A DNA stretch of 64,000 nt from the human T2T-CHM13v2.0 reference genome, Homo sapiens. Numbering within the stretch: position 1 is the stretch's first letter; every line of letters starts with the position of its first letter. Made by a program: the position numbers and the translations under genes. The stretch lies in NCBI RefSeq assembly GCF_009914755.1, contig NC_060936.1; one strand, written 5' to 3'. The notes beneath the pieces were generated by a model. The model saw only the letters and a list, made by a program, of their open reading frames with translations. It was not told the DNA's origin and searched no databases. Shown in pieces: positions 35,187 to 50,144 of the stretch.

Positions 35187-36012
35187 TTACTGTCTATCTG
35201 ATTCATTATTTTTAAAGTTAATTTATTCCAGGGTACTGACAAATATTAAGGTTTGGTTTTGATTATTTATGATGATATGTGCTTGTTTATATTTAGCCTT
35301 CTGGACATATTTAGCCAGAAGAACCAGTTTCTTTTTCTTTTCCTTTTTCTTTTTTAGACCTGTCAGCCAGAAGTAAGAACCGGTTTCTATTTTCTTGTAT
35401 TTCTCTCTATGATTTCAAGCTGTAAAGTGCCATTTGACTTTGAGTTCATTTAATTTCCAGGGTATTCCCATTTGAATACCCTGGACTTGAAGCAGTTAAT
35501 GTATCTGGAAAGCTTCTTTGGTTTGCTTACTCTAAGAAGCTGTCATTATGGAGATGCAGATTAATTTGTCTTTCTGTTTTATCAGAGTGTGTTTTTAAGA
35601 AATGACACATTTTCAATGGGAGTGTTTTTTGTCATTCTTCCCCATGCCCCACCATGGCCTCCTCAGGCATCTGCAGCCCCTGCCGTGAGGGGTTGGCCAC
35701 CCTCTGACACTGCCCCTGGGCTCCTGCACGAAGCTGTGTGGACATGGCCTGTGTAGCCTGACCATGGCTACCTGCCGGCCACAGATCGAGGTTTCAACTG
35801 GACTTCAAACAAAGCTTCAGTGCCTAGGGCCAGATTTGTTCTTTCCAGCCCTGTGAGGCCTGAAATTGCATCAGCGAGCCAAGTGTCCCCGTGCCCCTCT
35901 GTTAGTGGCTGAGGCCGCCAGCTGCATGGGATGTGCAGGCGGTGATCAACTTTGCAAAGCTTAAACATTATTTTCCCTTCTTCCTCCCTTCCCTTTGAAT
36001 ATTCCCTCTCAG

Positions 36013-36195
36013 GTAAAGGTTGTGGCCAGAAAGCACGGGCAGCCTGGGACTCCTGTTGCCATAGCAACCCAGCTACCGCCGAGGACTTCTGCGGCTTTTC
36101 CAGCCCAGCAGCAGCCGCTCCAGGTACTTTCTGATGGCTCCACAGTGCAGCTCCCCAGACTTTCCTCACTCGGATTTGAGGACTCGATGTGCTGA
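36013..36195 (+). CDS. EP400P1: EP400NL exon 3 (terminal form ending ...GFEDSMC*; internal donor after 36123)
   Basis: Acceptor ccctctcag at 36012; [23 protein letters not shown] is in phase 0 with exon 2. Donor CAG|GTACTT at 36124, or read-through to TGA at 36195 with ATTAAA at 36319. Total 428+60=488 aa. Confidence 0.85.
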   Translation, partial: VKVVARKHGQPGTPVAIATQLPPRTSAAFPAQQQPLQVLSDGSTVQLPRLSSLGFEDSMC

Positions 36196-36572
36196 GGCAG
36201 GACCCAGAGGGGTCCCAAGAGCCTGTCCTCTTTTGTTCAAAATACATCTTGAAACGTCTTTGTGAAGGCTCTTAGTTTTAATGCATGGATGCTGTTATTT
36301 TTCCCTACTGTTACTGAAATTAAAAAGTGTTTGTCTCTGATCATTAGTTCTGTTAACTTTTCTGCTGGAATGTTTTTCATTTGCATTTGCTTTTCTGATA
36401 TATTTGCAGTTTTCATTGCTTCTGTACGATTGTGGCCTCTTTGGATGTTTCTCTTTTTTTTCCCCCTTTGTCTGCTTTTAAACAAACAGATTTTCTAAAT
36501 TGTTTTCTTGCTATAGGGAGTTGATTTTGTTCTTTAAACATATTCTAGGGGATGAGTAGCAAAAAACAATGA

Positions 36573-36991
<419 letters not shown>

Positions 36992-37024
36992 AACATTTCT
37001 ATATACTTAAAAACATGTTTTAAA

Positions 37025-37727
37025 AATTAGGTTAAAATATACATAAGAGTTCCCATTTTACCCATTTTTAAGTGTACAGTTCCGTGGCATGAAGCACATT
37101 CACATTGCTGTGTGGCCATCACCAGCATCCATCTCCAGAACATTTTCATCTTCTCAGACTGAAACTCTGCCCCTATGAAATGCTAACTCCCCATTCCCCC
37201 TCCCCCAGCCCCTGGCACCCACCACTGTACTGTCTGTCTCTGCGGATTGGAATGCACTTCTCCAGCGACCTAAGTAAGTGGAATCATACAGTATTTGTCC
37301 TTTTCTGTCTGTTGTTGTACTCAGCATCATGTCTTCGGAGTGCATCCACATTGTAGCCTGTAACAGAATTTCCTTCCTTTTGAAGGCTGAGTCACACGCC
37401 ACGGGATGGGTGGACTGCATGTGTTGATCCATCTCTTGGTGGACACTTGGGTTGCTTCCACATTTCAGCTGCTGTGAACAGTGCTGCCCTGAAGACGGGC
37501 GTACAGATATCTCTTCAAGGTCCTGCTTTCAGTTCTCTTGGGCATATACCCAGAGTGGAAGTGCTGGGTCACGCACTAACTCTGTGTTTAACTGTTTAGG
37601 AAAGTCCATGCCATTTTCATAGTAGCTGCACCATTTTCCATCCCACCAGCAAGAACGAGGGTTTTCTTTCTCCACATCCTTGTCAACGCTTGTACATTTT
37701 TTTAATAGTGGCCACCCTAATAGGTGT
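37025..37727 (-). mobile_element. L1MB-like 3' fragment
   Basis: AAGTGGAATCATACAGTATTTGTCCTTT and GGACACTTGGGTTGCTTCCAC motifs. Confidence 0.82.
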
Positions 37728-37761
37728 GCTGTATGCTTTATAATGTAATAGAAAAATATTA

Positions 37762-38100
<339 letters not shown>

Positions 38101-38512
38101 GGACATTTAGAGTTTTAATCTGTTAATCAGCTGGCACTGTTGATGGTTCAAAATTGACTAGTGAGGGAGACAGCATTTGAAAAAACAACTTTAACTCAGA
38201 GTAGCAAATGGCATTGGTGACATATGCAGAATCCCACAGGAAGAGTGTGGAGGGATGCATGGGCTCCTGGGAGCAGGATGCAGGCTGTGGGGTGGCCCAG
38301 TGTGCTGTACCTGTGGCCGGCAGGGCTGGCGCCTCTGGCCTGGCCCCAGCAAGCGTAAGGACCCAGACAGAACACAGGGCTGCTCTACCCTACTCTTCTC
38401 ATGTCATGTTCTTAATGTTGAGAACACAGGTTGAGTTCAGTGTGATTCTCCAAACAAACTGGCTGTGGGCAGTGTCAATTTTCTTTTCTCCAATTTCTTT
38501 ATTTATATATTC

Positions 38513-38797
38513 TTTTGAGACAGAGTCTCCCTCTCTCACCCATGCTGTAGCGTAGTGGTGTGATCTCGGCTCACTGCAATCTCCACCTCCTGGGTTCAAG
38601 CAATTCTCATGTCTCAGCCTCCTGAGTAGCTGAGATTATAGGTATGTGCCACCGTGCCTGGCTAATTTTTATATTTTTAGCAGAGAGGGGGTTTTACCAT
38701 GTTGGCCAGGCTAGTCTCGAACACCTGACCTCAAGTGATCCACCCGCCTCAGCCTCCCAAAGTGCTGGGATTACAGGTGTGAGCCACCACGCCTGGC
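38513..38797 (-). mobile_element. Alu (S)
   Basis: Antisense Alu consensus. Confidence 0.88.
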
Positions 38798-39705
38798 TCT
38801 TTTTTCCAATTTCTTATTGTGAAAAATTTGAATTATTGAAAATGTTGAAAGAGCAGTACAGTGAGTGGTAAACTCACCAGTTGTTAATAGTTTGCCGCAT
38901 GTATGTGTTCTACCTGTCTGTCTATCTCCACACATTTTAAAGTTGTCACAGTCGTGATTGTTTTTGTTTACCCCTGGATCCTTTGTTGTGTATCTCCCAA
39001 CAAGAGCATGTCCCACATGACCACAGCCCTCCGGTCACGCTCGCGGGCATCCACACCTCTCGAGGCATGTTCCTGCCTGGGTCTGCTTTTCTTTCTCTCC
39101 CGACGCTGATGTTTTGAAGGCCAGTTGCTCTGCAGAGGCCATCACAGCCTGGGTGTTCCGTTTCTCACTGCTGACTTAGGCTGAACATTTCTGGCAAGAA
39201 TACAATGGAGGCGGACCTCTGCATGCATTTACTTCTCAACCAAGCCGTGCAGGCCAGTTAGGGAGATGCAGATGCAGGTGGGCTGGGTGCCGTGCGTCTC
39301 ATGGGAGGGTGCCCTCCGGGGACACTCTGGACAGAGGCACTCTCTGTCATGTGCTCAGCTTGGCCCCAGACTGAGGCTTAGCAGTCCTCCAGTTGTTCAC
39401 CGTATGAAGAGCAGGAGAGGATAAACAACTGGACGACTGCTGAGGAGAGGCCAGCAGTAGGGAGTGGAAACCAAAAACTGAGCTTTTACACGAGGCCACA
39501 TGTGCAGCGCCCTGCGCCAGGCTGAAACCCCTGTGTGCAGCGCCCCATGCCGGGCTGAAACCCCTGTGCCGATGCCCCTGGAGAGCAGTCGTGGGGCAGG
39601 GCCTGCCCTTGTTCAGTAAGAGGATGAACCTGGCCGTCTGCCTGACTCAGCCTCGTATCTCCATGATGAGTTAACATATTGGCTCAAAAAAACAAATTTC
39701 CTTTA

Positions 39706-40873
<1,168 letters not shown>

Positions 40874-41898
40874 TAACATTTTGCTTGAGGAAGGGCTCAT
40901 ATACAAGGATATTGAAACAAATGTTGTTTTATATGATAATAATGCCTGAGGATCAACACATATACATTTCCTATCCCAATATCCCAAAAATAGCAATCAG
41001 TGTATTTACAGATGCTGCAGATCCCTCTGAGGAGTTGATTCTGAGGCTGTCCCTGAGGACCCATGCCAGGAGATGTGTCCCGGAAGTGACTGTCACAGAT
41101 GCAGTCCCCCAGATGATGAGGCAAGGCCTGAGGGTCTGCGCTTGTTGGGGGAAAGGTTTATTACAACTTCTCCCAAGCAAACAGATGGAAAGCAATACCT
41201 AGAGCAGCTCCAGTGCTTGTGTGTGGGACACCTCTGCAGGGGCCTTGTGTGGCTTTGTCCTCATTTCAGTTAGAGTTGAGAGTACAACCCATTTTCATGT
41301 ATGGTGGACTTTATAAAACCTAAGTCTGCTTTCTACTCAGTAAACGTTTAGACATTTTTCTTTTCACATTATTCTCCAGTTACTAAGATTTTGTCTGTTG
41401 TCAAATCCACATAAGCCTTCTGTTTTTTGGTGAAGACATATTATAGACTTAGAGTTTTATTTCTTTCCACAAATACTTTGACATTGTCATTTTTGCCTTA
41501 GTTTATACAACTATTTTTCTAAGCTCTAGATTTAGTTTTCACATGGATACCTCTGGTGTTTTAATTCTGGCTTCCGCTTTTGGTTAGCAGTTGTGACTTA
41601 GATTTCTTATCTACAAACTACTTCTGAAGCCTGGTTCTGTTGTGCTGCCTTTAGCAAGTGGTACACAGAAAAGTACTAAACGATGAAAAGATTATTTTTG
41701 TTCCTTTCTGTCAAATTCAAAGGCTAATATGGAGGGTTTTTTGAGTTTATTTATGATCACTGGCCAATAGCTCTAAGCTGTGATATCATGTTCTTTGTCA
41801 TAGAAATTGAAGAGACAGTGGAGAAATACTTATTTTAAAATCAGTGTGATATAAATTAACACACATTTCTACTTCCCATAATTTTTGTCTCCTAATAG

Positions 41899-41970
41899 CA
41901 AATACATATGGGGACTCCAGTACCTGGAGATGTGAATTCCATAAAAATGGAAGCATCTAAGAGGCAGTGA
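41899..41970 (+). CDS. EP400P1: EP400NL exon 4 coding part (QIHMGTPVPGDVNSIKMEASKRQ*); exon runs to 41986
   Basis: Acceptor cctaatag at 41898, in-frame TGA at 41968-41970, donor CAG|GTATGT at 41987. Weakly similar to the recalled EP400 segment ...FKRQQAMPSTG. Confidence 0.7.
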   Translation, partial: QIHMGTPVPGDVNSIKMEASKRQ

Positions 41971-42637
41971 ACACTGGCGCCCACAGGTATGTAGCAGTCA
42001 CCCAGCATGAAGCCAGCCTGCAAACAAAAAGGAAACCATGCAGGCCTTCTAGCAGTGTATTTTCCAACTTTTTTCATTTTAAGTAAGTCAACAAATAGCT
42101 ACCAAATGGCTTCTGTGGGCTCACGGGGTCACCCCTGTGCCTCCTCTCAGTTCTTGCTTGGAGCGAAGTGACTTTACACTCAGCCATCATTTTGGCCACT
42201 TAGTGCCTTGAGCTGGAGGCATGGGAGCGGGCCTGGGGAGGCCACGGGCACTCATGTAGTGGCAGGGCCTGGGCCTCAGCTCTGTGCCCAGGAGCTTCCC
42301 CATGCCGGCCAGGCACATCAGAATCTGGCATGTGAGTGTCCCCGAACTCACTGTCCAGCCACCCCCCTTGACAGCAGGATCCCTGGGAACAGGCCACTTG
42401 GCAGTGGGCATGGACTCAGAGCAAAGCAAGATGGGTGCCTCAAGAGCTTGGTCCCACCCAGGCCTGAGACTGCCTCCCTTCCTGGTGAGGATCAGAGAGA
42501 GGATGTCCTGCCCGCAGTGCGTTCTGTGCTATTTCCGTGTTCTGCACCAGGGACAGTGTAGCATGAACTTTGAAGGTGGAACCTGGCTCACTGTGCTGTG
42601 ATTGGATTTGATGTCACAGATTCTCCTTTGATGTCAG

Positions 42638-42733
42638 AGGCCTCACCTACAAGTGGGCCATCCTGGGATGGGTTTACAGCACCTGGAGGTGACATCAGGT
42701 GTTCCTCTCCAGCAGTTAATGCCAACAGCACAA
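42638..42733 (+). pseudogene. EP400P1: Decayed EP400-like exon (RPHLQVGHPGMGLQHLEVTSGVPLQQLMPTAQ)
   Basis: Matches recalled EP400 RPRLEVGHQG...GVPLQQLMPTAQ; no GT donor after CAA. Confidence 0.8.
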
Positions 42734-43364
42734 AGCATCTGTGTGCCGAAGAACCTGGCAGGTACTAGTCCAGGAGTAGGCTGTGGGAGCCGGGAGCCAA
42801 CAGCTCTGAAGCTCTGAGCTCTGAGGCTTTGAAGCTACCGCACACTCTGTCATCTGTTGATTGTTCCTGGGCAGAGTGGGCCCTTGCATCTGTTTATTGA
42901 CCCAGACCTGGGCACAGGCTGGTGGTGTCTGTGCAGACTCACAGTTTCCCCTACAGGTGATTAAAAACCAAACTATCAAGAGTTTTCATGTATTTTCCTA
43001 ACTTTTTCCAAGTAGAAGCATTCTCTTTTTCTCTATGATGATCTCAGGCTGTCTTCACATGCACTGTTGTTTGCTCTGTGGGGCCCGTGCTGTGACGCTT
43101 GGAGTGCGGGCTGCAGTGTGGTCAGCCGTGCCCTCGCTGGCTCTGGGGATGTGGCCAATGTGGTGTCACCTCACCCCTCTCAGTTGTCTCATCTGTAAAA
43201 TGGGAGCAACAGCGATAATTACACTTCTCAAGTGTGTTCTGGGGACTAACACTGTTACGTCTGTAAGGCGCTGAGCACAGCACCATGTTGTAAGCACGTG
43301 TCAGTTAATACCACACTAAAAAATTAATATTCTATAGATTTAATGGCAAGCTTTAATTTTTTTT

Positions 43365-44030
43365 AACATATCCAACTTTTTCGCTATAAACTTATGGGGT
43401 ACAGGAGCAGTTTTGTTGCATGGACATACTTCGTGGTGGCAAAGTCTGGGCTTTCAGTGCAGCCGTTATGGGAATAATGTAATCACACCCACTGAGCATC
43501 TACCCTCCCCTCACCCTGTACCCTTCCAAGTTTCCAGTGTCTCTCATTCCACACATCTGTGTGGACGTGTGAGTTAGCTCCCGCTTACGGGTGAGAATGT
43601 GCGGTGTTTGTCTTTCTGTGTCCGAGTTGTTTCGCTTAGGATGATGGCCTCTGTTTGCATCCATGTTGCTGCAAAGGACAGTTTCATTCTTTTTTATGGC
43701 TGGACAGTATTCCATTGTGTATATATGCACCACATCTTCTTATCCAACTGTCTGTTGATGGGCACTTAGGTTGATTCCGTGTCTTTGCTGTTGTGAACTG
43801 TGTTGCAGTAAACATGCGAGCGCAGGTATGACTTCAAGAGAATGATTTATTTCCCTCTGGATACACACCCAGGAGTGGGACTACTGGATTGGACGGTAGT
43901 TGTATTTTTAGTTTTCGGAGGAACCTCCATTCTATTTTCCATAGAGGCTATGCTAATTTACACTCCCCCCAACAGTGTGCAGTGTTCCCTGTTCTCCACG
44001 TCCTCGCCAGCATCTACTGTTTTTTGTCTT
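43365..44030 (-). mobile_element. L1MA-like 3' fragment
   Basis: GTGAGAATGTGCGGTGTTTG and CCATGTTGCTGCAAAGGACA motifs. Confidence 0.85.
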
Positions 44031-44883
44031 TCTTTAATTTTTGCAAGTTTGCATTGCTTATAGAGTACACCGTAGTTTTCAAGGAAAACACACCAGCAAA
44101 TACCGGTACTAGGATATGCATACGTACGTGCGCATCAGTGTGTGCCTAGAGACCCGGGAAACCGGTCCATGATGATAAGTCACATCGATGCGCTCCTTCA
44201 GCAGATATTTACAGAGACTGGCGAGTGGCGAGGCCCGAGTACGCAGAGATGCGTGACCGCCACCCCCTGCCTTTGCCCGGACCGGCTCCCGACTGCTCCC
44301 TTCTCTTTATTCAGGTCTTGGCTCCACGGCCCACCTTGGAGAGGCCTTTGCCGCCCCGGCGCCCGCCCTGCGCCGTCATGTTTGCTCTCCCTGGTCCTCA
44401 GAGCGCCCACTCCCGTCAGGTCGCCTGTGTCTGTGCCTCGCTGGGGAAGGCAGGGCCTGGCGTGCCCTGCGCTCCTCTCTGCCCTCGGGACAGGAGGTGG
44501 TCAGGGAAGGTGGTCCCGTGTCCTCAAGGCGGAGTCCCTCGCAGATGGTGCTGAGGTGGAGAAGCTGCGCTGCTGCTAGAACAGAGTGGGCGCTGCTGAC
44601 CGCGCCCGCCTGAGGAGGGTTGGTGGCAGAGGCTGCGCCACGTGCACGCCCCGAGGCAGGTGGTCGTCGAGGCCTTCAGGCTGCAGCTGCTGGGCAGGGT
44701 GTGAGCCAGGAGCGTTGCAGCTGCGGGGCGGGCAGGTGGGCCGGGCCTGGGGAGTCACCATCCAGGAGCACGGAGCCCCCGGAGCAGAGGGCACGGCCAT
44801 CGCCTTCTCCCAGCGTGGGGGCTGTGAGGCGAGTTGTGCGGTTGCAGATCACCAGAGGAGGAAAAGCGCGCCCAGAGGCGGGA

Positions 44884-45223
44884 GCCCTCCAATCACAGGG
44901 CAGTGCAGAGGCTGGCACCCTCCAGTCACAGGCCAGCGCAGGGGAGGGCGCCCTCCAGTCACAGGCTGACGCCCTCCAATCACAGGGCAGCTAGAGGCAG
45001 TCACCCTCCAATCACAGTCCAGCACAGGGGAGGGCACCCTCCAGTCACAGGCCAGCGCAGGGCAGGGCGCCCTCCAGTCACAGGCCGGCGCCCTCCAATC
45101 AAAGGCCAGCACAGAGGCGGGCACCCTCCAGTCACAGGCCAACGCCCTCCAATCACAGAGCAGCCAGGGGCTGGCGCCCTCCAATCACAGGGCAGCCAGA
45201 GGCTGGCACCCTCCAATCACAGG
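44884..45223. repeat. Degenerate minisatellite with core CCCTCCA(A/G)TCACAG, ~12 units
   Basis: 7 CCAATCA and 5 CCAGTCA cores at ~21-33-bp spacing. Confidence 0.9.
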
Positions 45224-45465
45224 CCGTGGCATTGGCCGCCCTCATCTGCTGCTGAGAGTTCTGTCGAGTAGGAGGAAGGAGGTCCCTTCAGGACCATGGG
45301 CCTGAAAAGGAATGATGGGGCCAAATTGATAGTTTAGCCACTGCCTAGATTCTAGAGATTTCCATCTTTTTTGGTTGTAAAATGTAAAATCAAATCTTTT
45401 ATATTGGCTATGTTTAGGACTGGAACAACTACTGTAAAAATGATTTTTTTAAAACCTGTGCTTGA

Positions 45466-45745
45466 AGGTTGCGGCGGCTCAGCCTGGAATCCCAGCACTT
45501 TGGGAGGCCGAGGTGGGCGGATCACCTGAGGTCAGGAGTTTGAGACCAGCCTGGCCAACATGCAGAAATCCCGTCTCTACAAAACATACAAAAATTAGCC
45601 GGGCGTGATGGCGCACGCCTGTGATCCCAGCTACTCGGGAGGCTGAGGCACAAGGATCGCTTTGAGCGCAGGGGTCAAGGCTGCAGAGACAAGGCTGTGA
45701 TTGCTCCACTGCATGCCAGCCTGGGTGACGGGGCGAGCCCTTATT
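45466..45745 (+). mobile_element. Alu (J-like)
   Basis: Diverged sense Alu. Confidence 0.85.
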
Positions 45746-45814
45746 TCGAAAATAATAATAACGATTCAAACGTTACTCCTTGGAGTTCTTCCGGTTGGCT
45801 TTTGTTTTACCATT

Positions 45815-46195
45815 TGAAGCCACAGCTCAGTGGCATGAAGCACGTTCACGTTGCTGTGCAGCTGTCACCTGCGTCCACCTACAGAAGATTTCCACCCTCC
45901 CAAACAGAAACGCTGCCCCCGTGAAACACGGATGCCCCGCCCCTCCCCTGGGCAGCCCCGCTCCGCTTGCTGTCCCCATGGCTTTGAGTGCTCTAGGGAC
46001 CCCATGTCAGTGGGACAGACAGGATCTGCCTGCCCCTCTGTGCCTGGCTCGTGTCACTCAGCGGAAGGTCCTCGGGGCTCATACACGCGGTGGCACGTGG
46101 CAGGATTTCCTTCCTCGCTAAGGCCTTATTCTCTTTACGCATCATCTGTCAATGGACACCTGGGACATTATTCGGTTTGGGGAGCAGTGGGCTCC
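45815..46195 (-). mobile_element. GC-shifted L1MB-like 3' fragment
   Basis: Alignable by eye to the 37080-37460 L1 copy (GTGGCATGAAGCAC.TTCAC.TTGCTGTG...). Confidence 0.65.
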
Positions 46196-46272
46196 CTAAT
46201 TTCTTAAGGTCGCGTCTCTGTTTTGCTGTCAGATACTGGGAGAGCTGGGCTTGACTTTCTTTGCGTTTGCGG

Positions 46273-46620
46273 GAGGAATGCCCCCCACGCCGCACGCCGC
46301 GCAGCTCGCTGGGCAGAGGCAGAGGCAGAGGCAGCAGCAGTACGACCCCTCCACGGGGCCTCCCGTGCAGAACGCCTCCAGCTTGCACACGCCGGGAGGC
46401 TGCCCCAGCCGGGGTCCGCGCTGCAGCGTCTTTGCAGGTCTCCCAGCAGCAGGCGACAGAGCCACAAGCACAGCTCTCAGTCCAGGGAAGGACCCAGCAG
46501 CCAATCGCAGCGCCGCCACCTTTCCTGCCAGGCCGGCGCTCGCCACCAGGCAGGCTGTTTAGCTTGCGCTCCACCTCCCCACCCAGGAGCAGGCAGCTCC
46601 CCAGGCCCGCCAGCCTCTGC
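46273..46620 (+). pseudogene. EP400P1: Decayed EP400-like exon (GGMPPTPHAAQLAGQRQ...QYDPSTGPPVQNA), frameshifted
   Basis: EP400-like peptides are spread over three frames; the acceptor AG appears as GG at 46271-46272. End approximate. Confidence 0.85.
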
Positions 46621-46909
46621 CTGCGGCACCATCCCAGGTACCCAAAGGGGCTGCCCTCCAAACCCGGGCACGGGATGAGTCCTGACCCACATGGGCTGCA
46701 GTACCAGAATATTCTCGGTGGTCTGTGCTTCCCCAGGAATCTGTGTTTCCAGTGAGTGTAAAGGACTAGGTCTAACTTGTTCAATGTTTTTCCCCTACTA
46801 AGCACTTCTGATGAAATGGTGAGGGCCGTAAGTCAGCGTTCCGGGTAAAGGTTTTAGTGGAATTGAGAACCGAATGCGTTAATGACGGGTTGCTTGCTGC
46901 CCTTGAGGG

Positions 46910-47503
<594 letters not shown>

Positions 47504-47857
47504 GTGAGAGAGCTCAGTTATCTGTGAAAGAAGTTGCTTTTGCTACAAGCTGTTTAAATTAGAAGTTGAAATGTTTCTCAATATAATATGGCAGACGGTA
47601 AAGGCATCTGAAAAACTGGCCATGGCTGCTTCTCTAGTGATTCTTTGGCACCAGCCTACTCAGATTCTAGAGCAGGGGGCATCTGGGGTGTGTGCACAGC
47701 ATCTGGGAACTGCAGGTTCCCCCACCAGCACCCAGTGTGGGCTGTACTGGGGACCGCCGGGAAACCGCCTTCCCTCATTCAGGTCCTTCATCTGAGCCTG
47801 TGACAAAGGGGCTGGAGTCTCTGTCTTCACAGTTGATGGGCTGCTCCTGTCTTTCAG

Positions 47858-48039
47858 GAGAACCAGGTGCATCAGCGCATTGCGGAGCTGAGGAAAGCAG
47901 GTCTGTGGTCCCAGAGGCGTCTGCTGAAGCTGCAGGAGGCCCACGACCCAAGTCCCACTGGGACTATCTGCTGGAGGAGATGCAGTGGATGGCCACAGAC
48001 TTTGCCCAGGAGAGGTGGAAGGTGGCCTCTGTGAAGAAG
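47858..48039 (+). pseudogene. EP400P1: EP400 HSA-domain exon remnant, 1-nt frameshift
   Basis: ctttcag|ENQVHQRIAELRKAGLWSQRRLLKLQEA / PRPKSHWDYLLEEMQWMATDFAQERWKVASVKK|GTGGGT; frameshift near 47940. Confidence 0.92.
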
Positions 48040-48190
48040 GTGGGTTGGAATAGTACTTTGTGGAAATCACATCGTGAAAGAGAATTGAAGAAGTAATTAT
48101 ATTATGTAAAAGAAAATTTCTAAATTTAATATGGCCAATTTAATGTTTGAGTTTTCATCACTAACTCTAAGACTTTACCTGACTGTAAGT

Positions 48191-48490
48191 CTTTTTTTTT
48201 TTTTTTGAGACGGAGTCTCACTCTGTCACTCAAGCTGGAGTTCAGTGGCTCAATCTCGGCTCACTACAACTTCCGCCTCCCAGGTTAAATGGACTCTCCT
48301 GCCTCAGCCTCCTGAGTAGTGAGGATTACCGGCACCTGCCACCATGCCCAGCTAATTTTTTGTATTTTTAGTAGAGATGGGGTTTTGCCATGTTGGCCAG
48401 GCTGATCTCGAACTTCTGACCTCAAAGTGATCCATCTGCCTCGGCCTCCCAAAGTGCTGGGATTACAGGCATGACCCACCACCCCCGGCC
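48191..48490 (-). mobile_element. Alu (S)
   Basis: Antisense Alu consensus. Confidence 0.9.
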
Positions 48491-48877
48491 ATGTGGACAA
48501 TTTCATACCAACTGGCATTTCATGTCTGGCCATGGCACCGTCTAAATTGAGAAGGATTATCTCGAATTATGTTTGCATAGAAAGCGCTGTGATAATTGTG
48601 GTTCATGTTTCATCTGGACTTTATTGCCCATTAACATAAGTGTCTTTGACTGACAGTAAAGGGATATTTTCTAGGGGAATATTCATTTTACTTTTTATTA
48701 TTGAATATTATTAGAATTGTTGCTTGAAGCAGTATCATGAATGGATACTAAAAATGGAAAAATAGACTTTCTTTGGAATTCTCCAGAATTAAATATGTAT
48801 ATCTAGTAAAAAACAAGATGTTTCCATATTACTGTGTGCGTGGAGACCCTCACAGACAATGTGGCGATTGTCTTCAG

Positions 48878-49017
48878 ATGGTCAGAGCTGTGGCCCGGCA
48901 GCTGCAGGACAGGACGCGCAGGGAGGCCGGGGCCAGGAGGGAGGAGCCGAGCAGGCTGAGGCAGACGTCACCTGTACTACCAGAGAAATCGAGCGTCCCT
49001 GGTCTAGTACTGCGCAG
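48878..49017 (+). pseudogene. EP400P1: EP400 HSA-domain second exon remnant, frameshifted
   Basis: tcttcag|MVRAVARQ...EEPSRLRQ / TREIERPWSSTAQ|GTAAAC versus recalled LVRTVVRH...EEQSRLRR...AREIECFWSNIEQ. Confidence 0.85.
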
Positions 49018-49123
49018 GTAAACACACGTTTCCTCTACAATTTGCCCTCAAGTTTTCACTCGGGAGCTAATGATTTTATATTTTAATTCATGATTTTCTT
49101 TTAGATCGTAGATTATCTTTTAG

Positions 49124-49202
49124 ATAGTAGAAATAAAGCTGCAAATTGAATTTCAAGAGAAACAAAAAAAGACATTAAATTTGAATAAATATTCAAAAAG
49201 AG
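49124..49202 (+). pseudogene. EP400P1: EP400-like exon remnant (IVEIKLQIEFQEKQKKTLNLNKYSKR)
   Basis: AG/GT intact; similar to recalled EP400 VVEIKLRVELEEKRKKALNLQKVSRR. Confidence 0.85.
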
Positions 49203-49362
49203 GTAACCAAGTAAGTTAATATAGTGTACTTATTCAAAGAGTCGTCATGTTATAGCCCACTGCCAAGGTGAACTGTGAGAATTCATTGTTATGCTCCTGT
49301 GCTTTGTGACATGGCATAATGAGGCTGAAGCCCTGAAAACATTATGAATTATGCCTTTGTAG

Positions 49363-49418
49363 GTAAAGATTCCAGCATCTTGGAAGCAAGTGCTCCACTG
49401 GAAAATAAAAGCCACGTG
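49363..49418 (+). pseudogene. EP400P1: Small exon remnant ((G)KDSSILEASAPLENKSHV)
   Basis: tttgtag acceptor and GTG|GTGAGT donor; phase fits the previous exon; weak protein similarity. Confidence 0.6.
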
Positions 49419-50144
49419 GTGAGTGTTTTCTTTGTGATATCAGAACTTCATGTTCCGGGTGAGGGGCTTCAGGGTGCCCGTGTCCTTGCCGGGGGGCTCC
49501 GGTCTCCAGTCTCCTCAGCATTTCCCTCTGGTCTCCCTCCAGAGAGGACAGATCTACTCACGATCTTTGGGACCACCCAGAAAGGGTCAATTTCAAAATC
49601 GAATTTTCTCAGGATGACTTCAAATCAAAACAGAAACGTGTGGTCTTGCCTTTGGTTTTTCCGCCCAAACTGCCTTTTGGCTTTGCCGTGTGGGGACCGG
49701 GCACCTCGACTGTCCTCTGTGTCCTGTGATGGGGCAGGTTACGCCATGTCTGATCAGTAGGACAGCGTCCCTTGGGTTCATACCCTTTATCTGCAGTTCT
49801 AAAACTCTGAAAGCTCAGACAGCAGAAAGGTTTTGCCCACTCAGTGTTGCTCACTCATTTTGCAGCAAACCTGACCCACACCGAGGCCAGGCCAGCCCCG
49901 CGGTCCTGGTGGGTGAGTGTGTCTGGGTGCTATTGCTGTGGAAACGTCGGCGTGTTTGGTCATGGCTGCCAGATGCCGTCCCTAACACTTTCCCATGCTT
50001 ATTTGACTTATGTCATTACCTTACTTCTCTGAAACAGTCTGAATTCCAAACCCTGTGTGGCCCTAAGGATTTTGGATAAGGGACTATGTACCTATAATAT
50101 AAATAAGCCATATTATTTACAATCATGAGTTTCTGAATGTTCAC

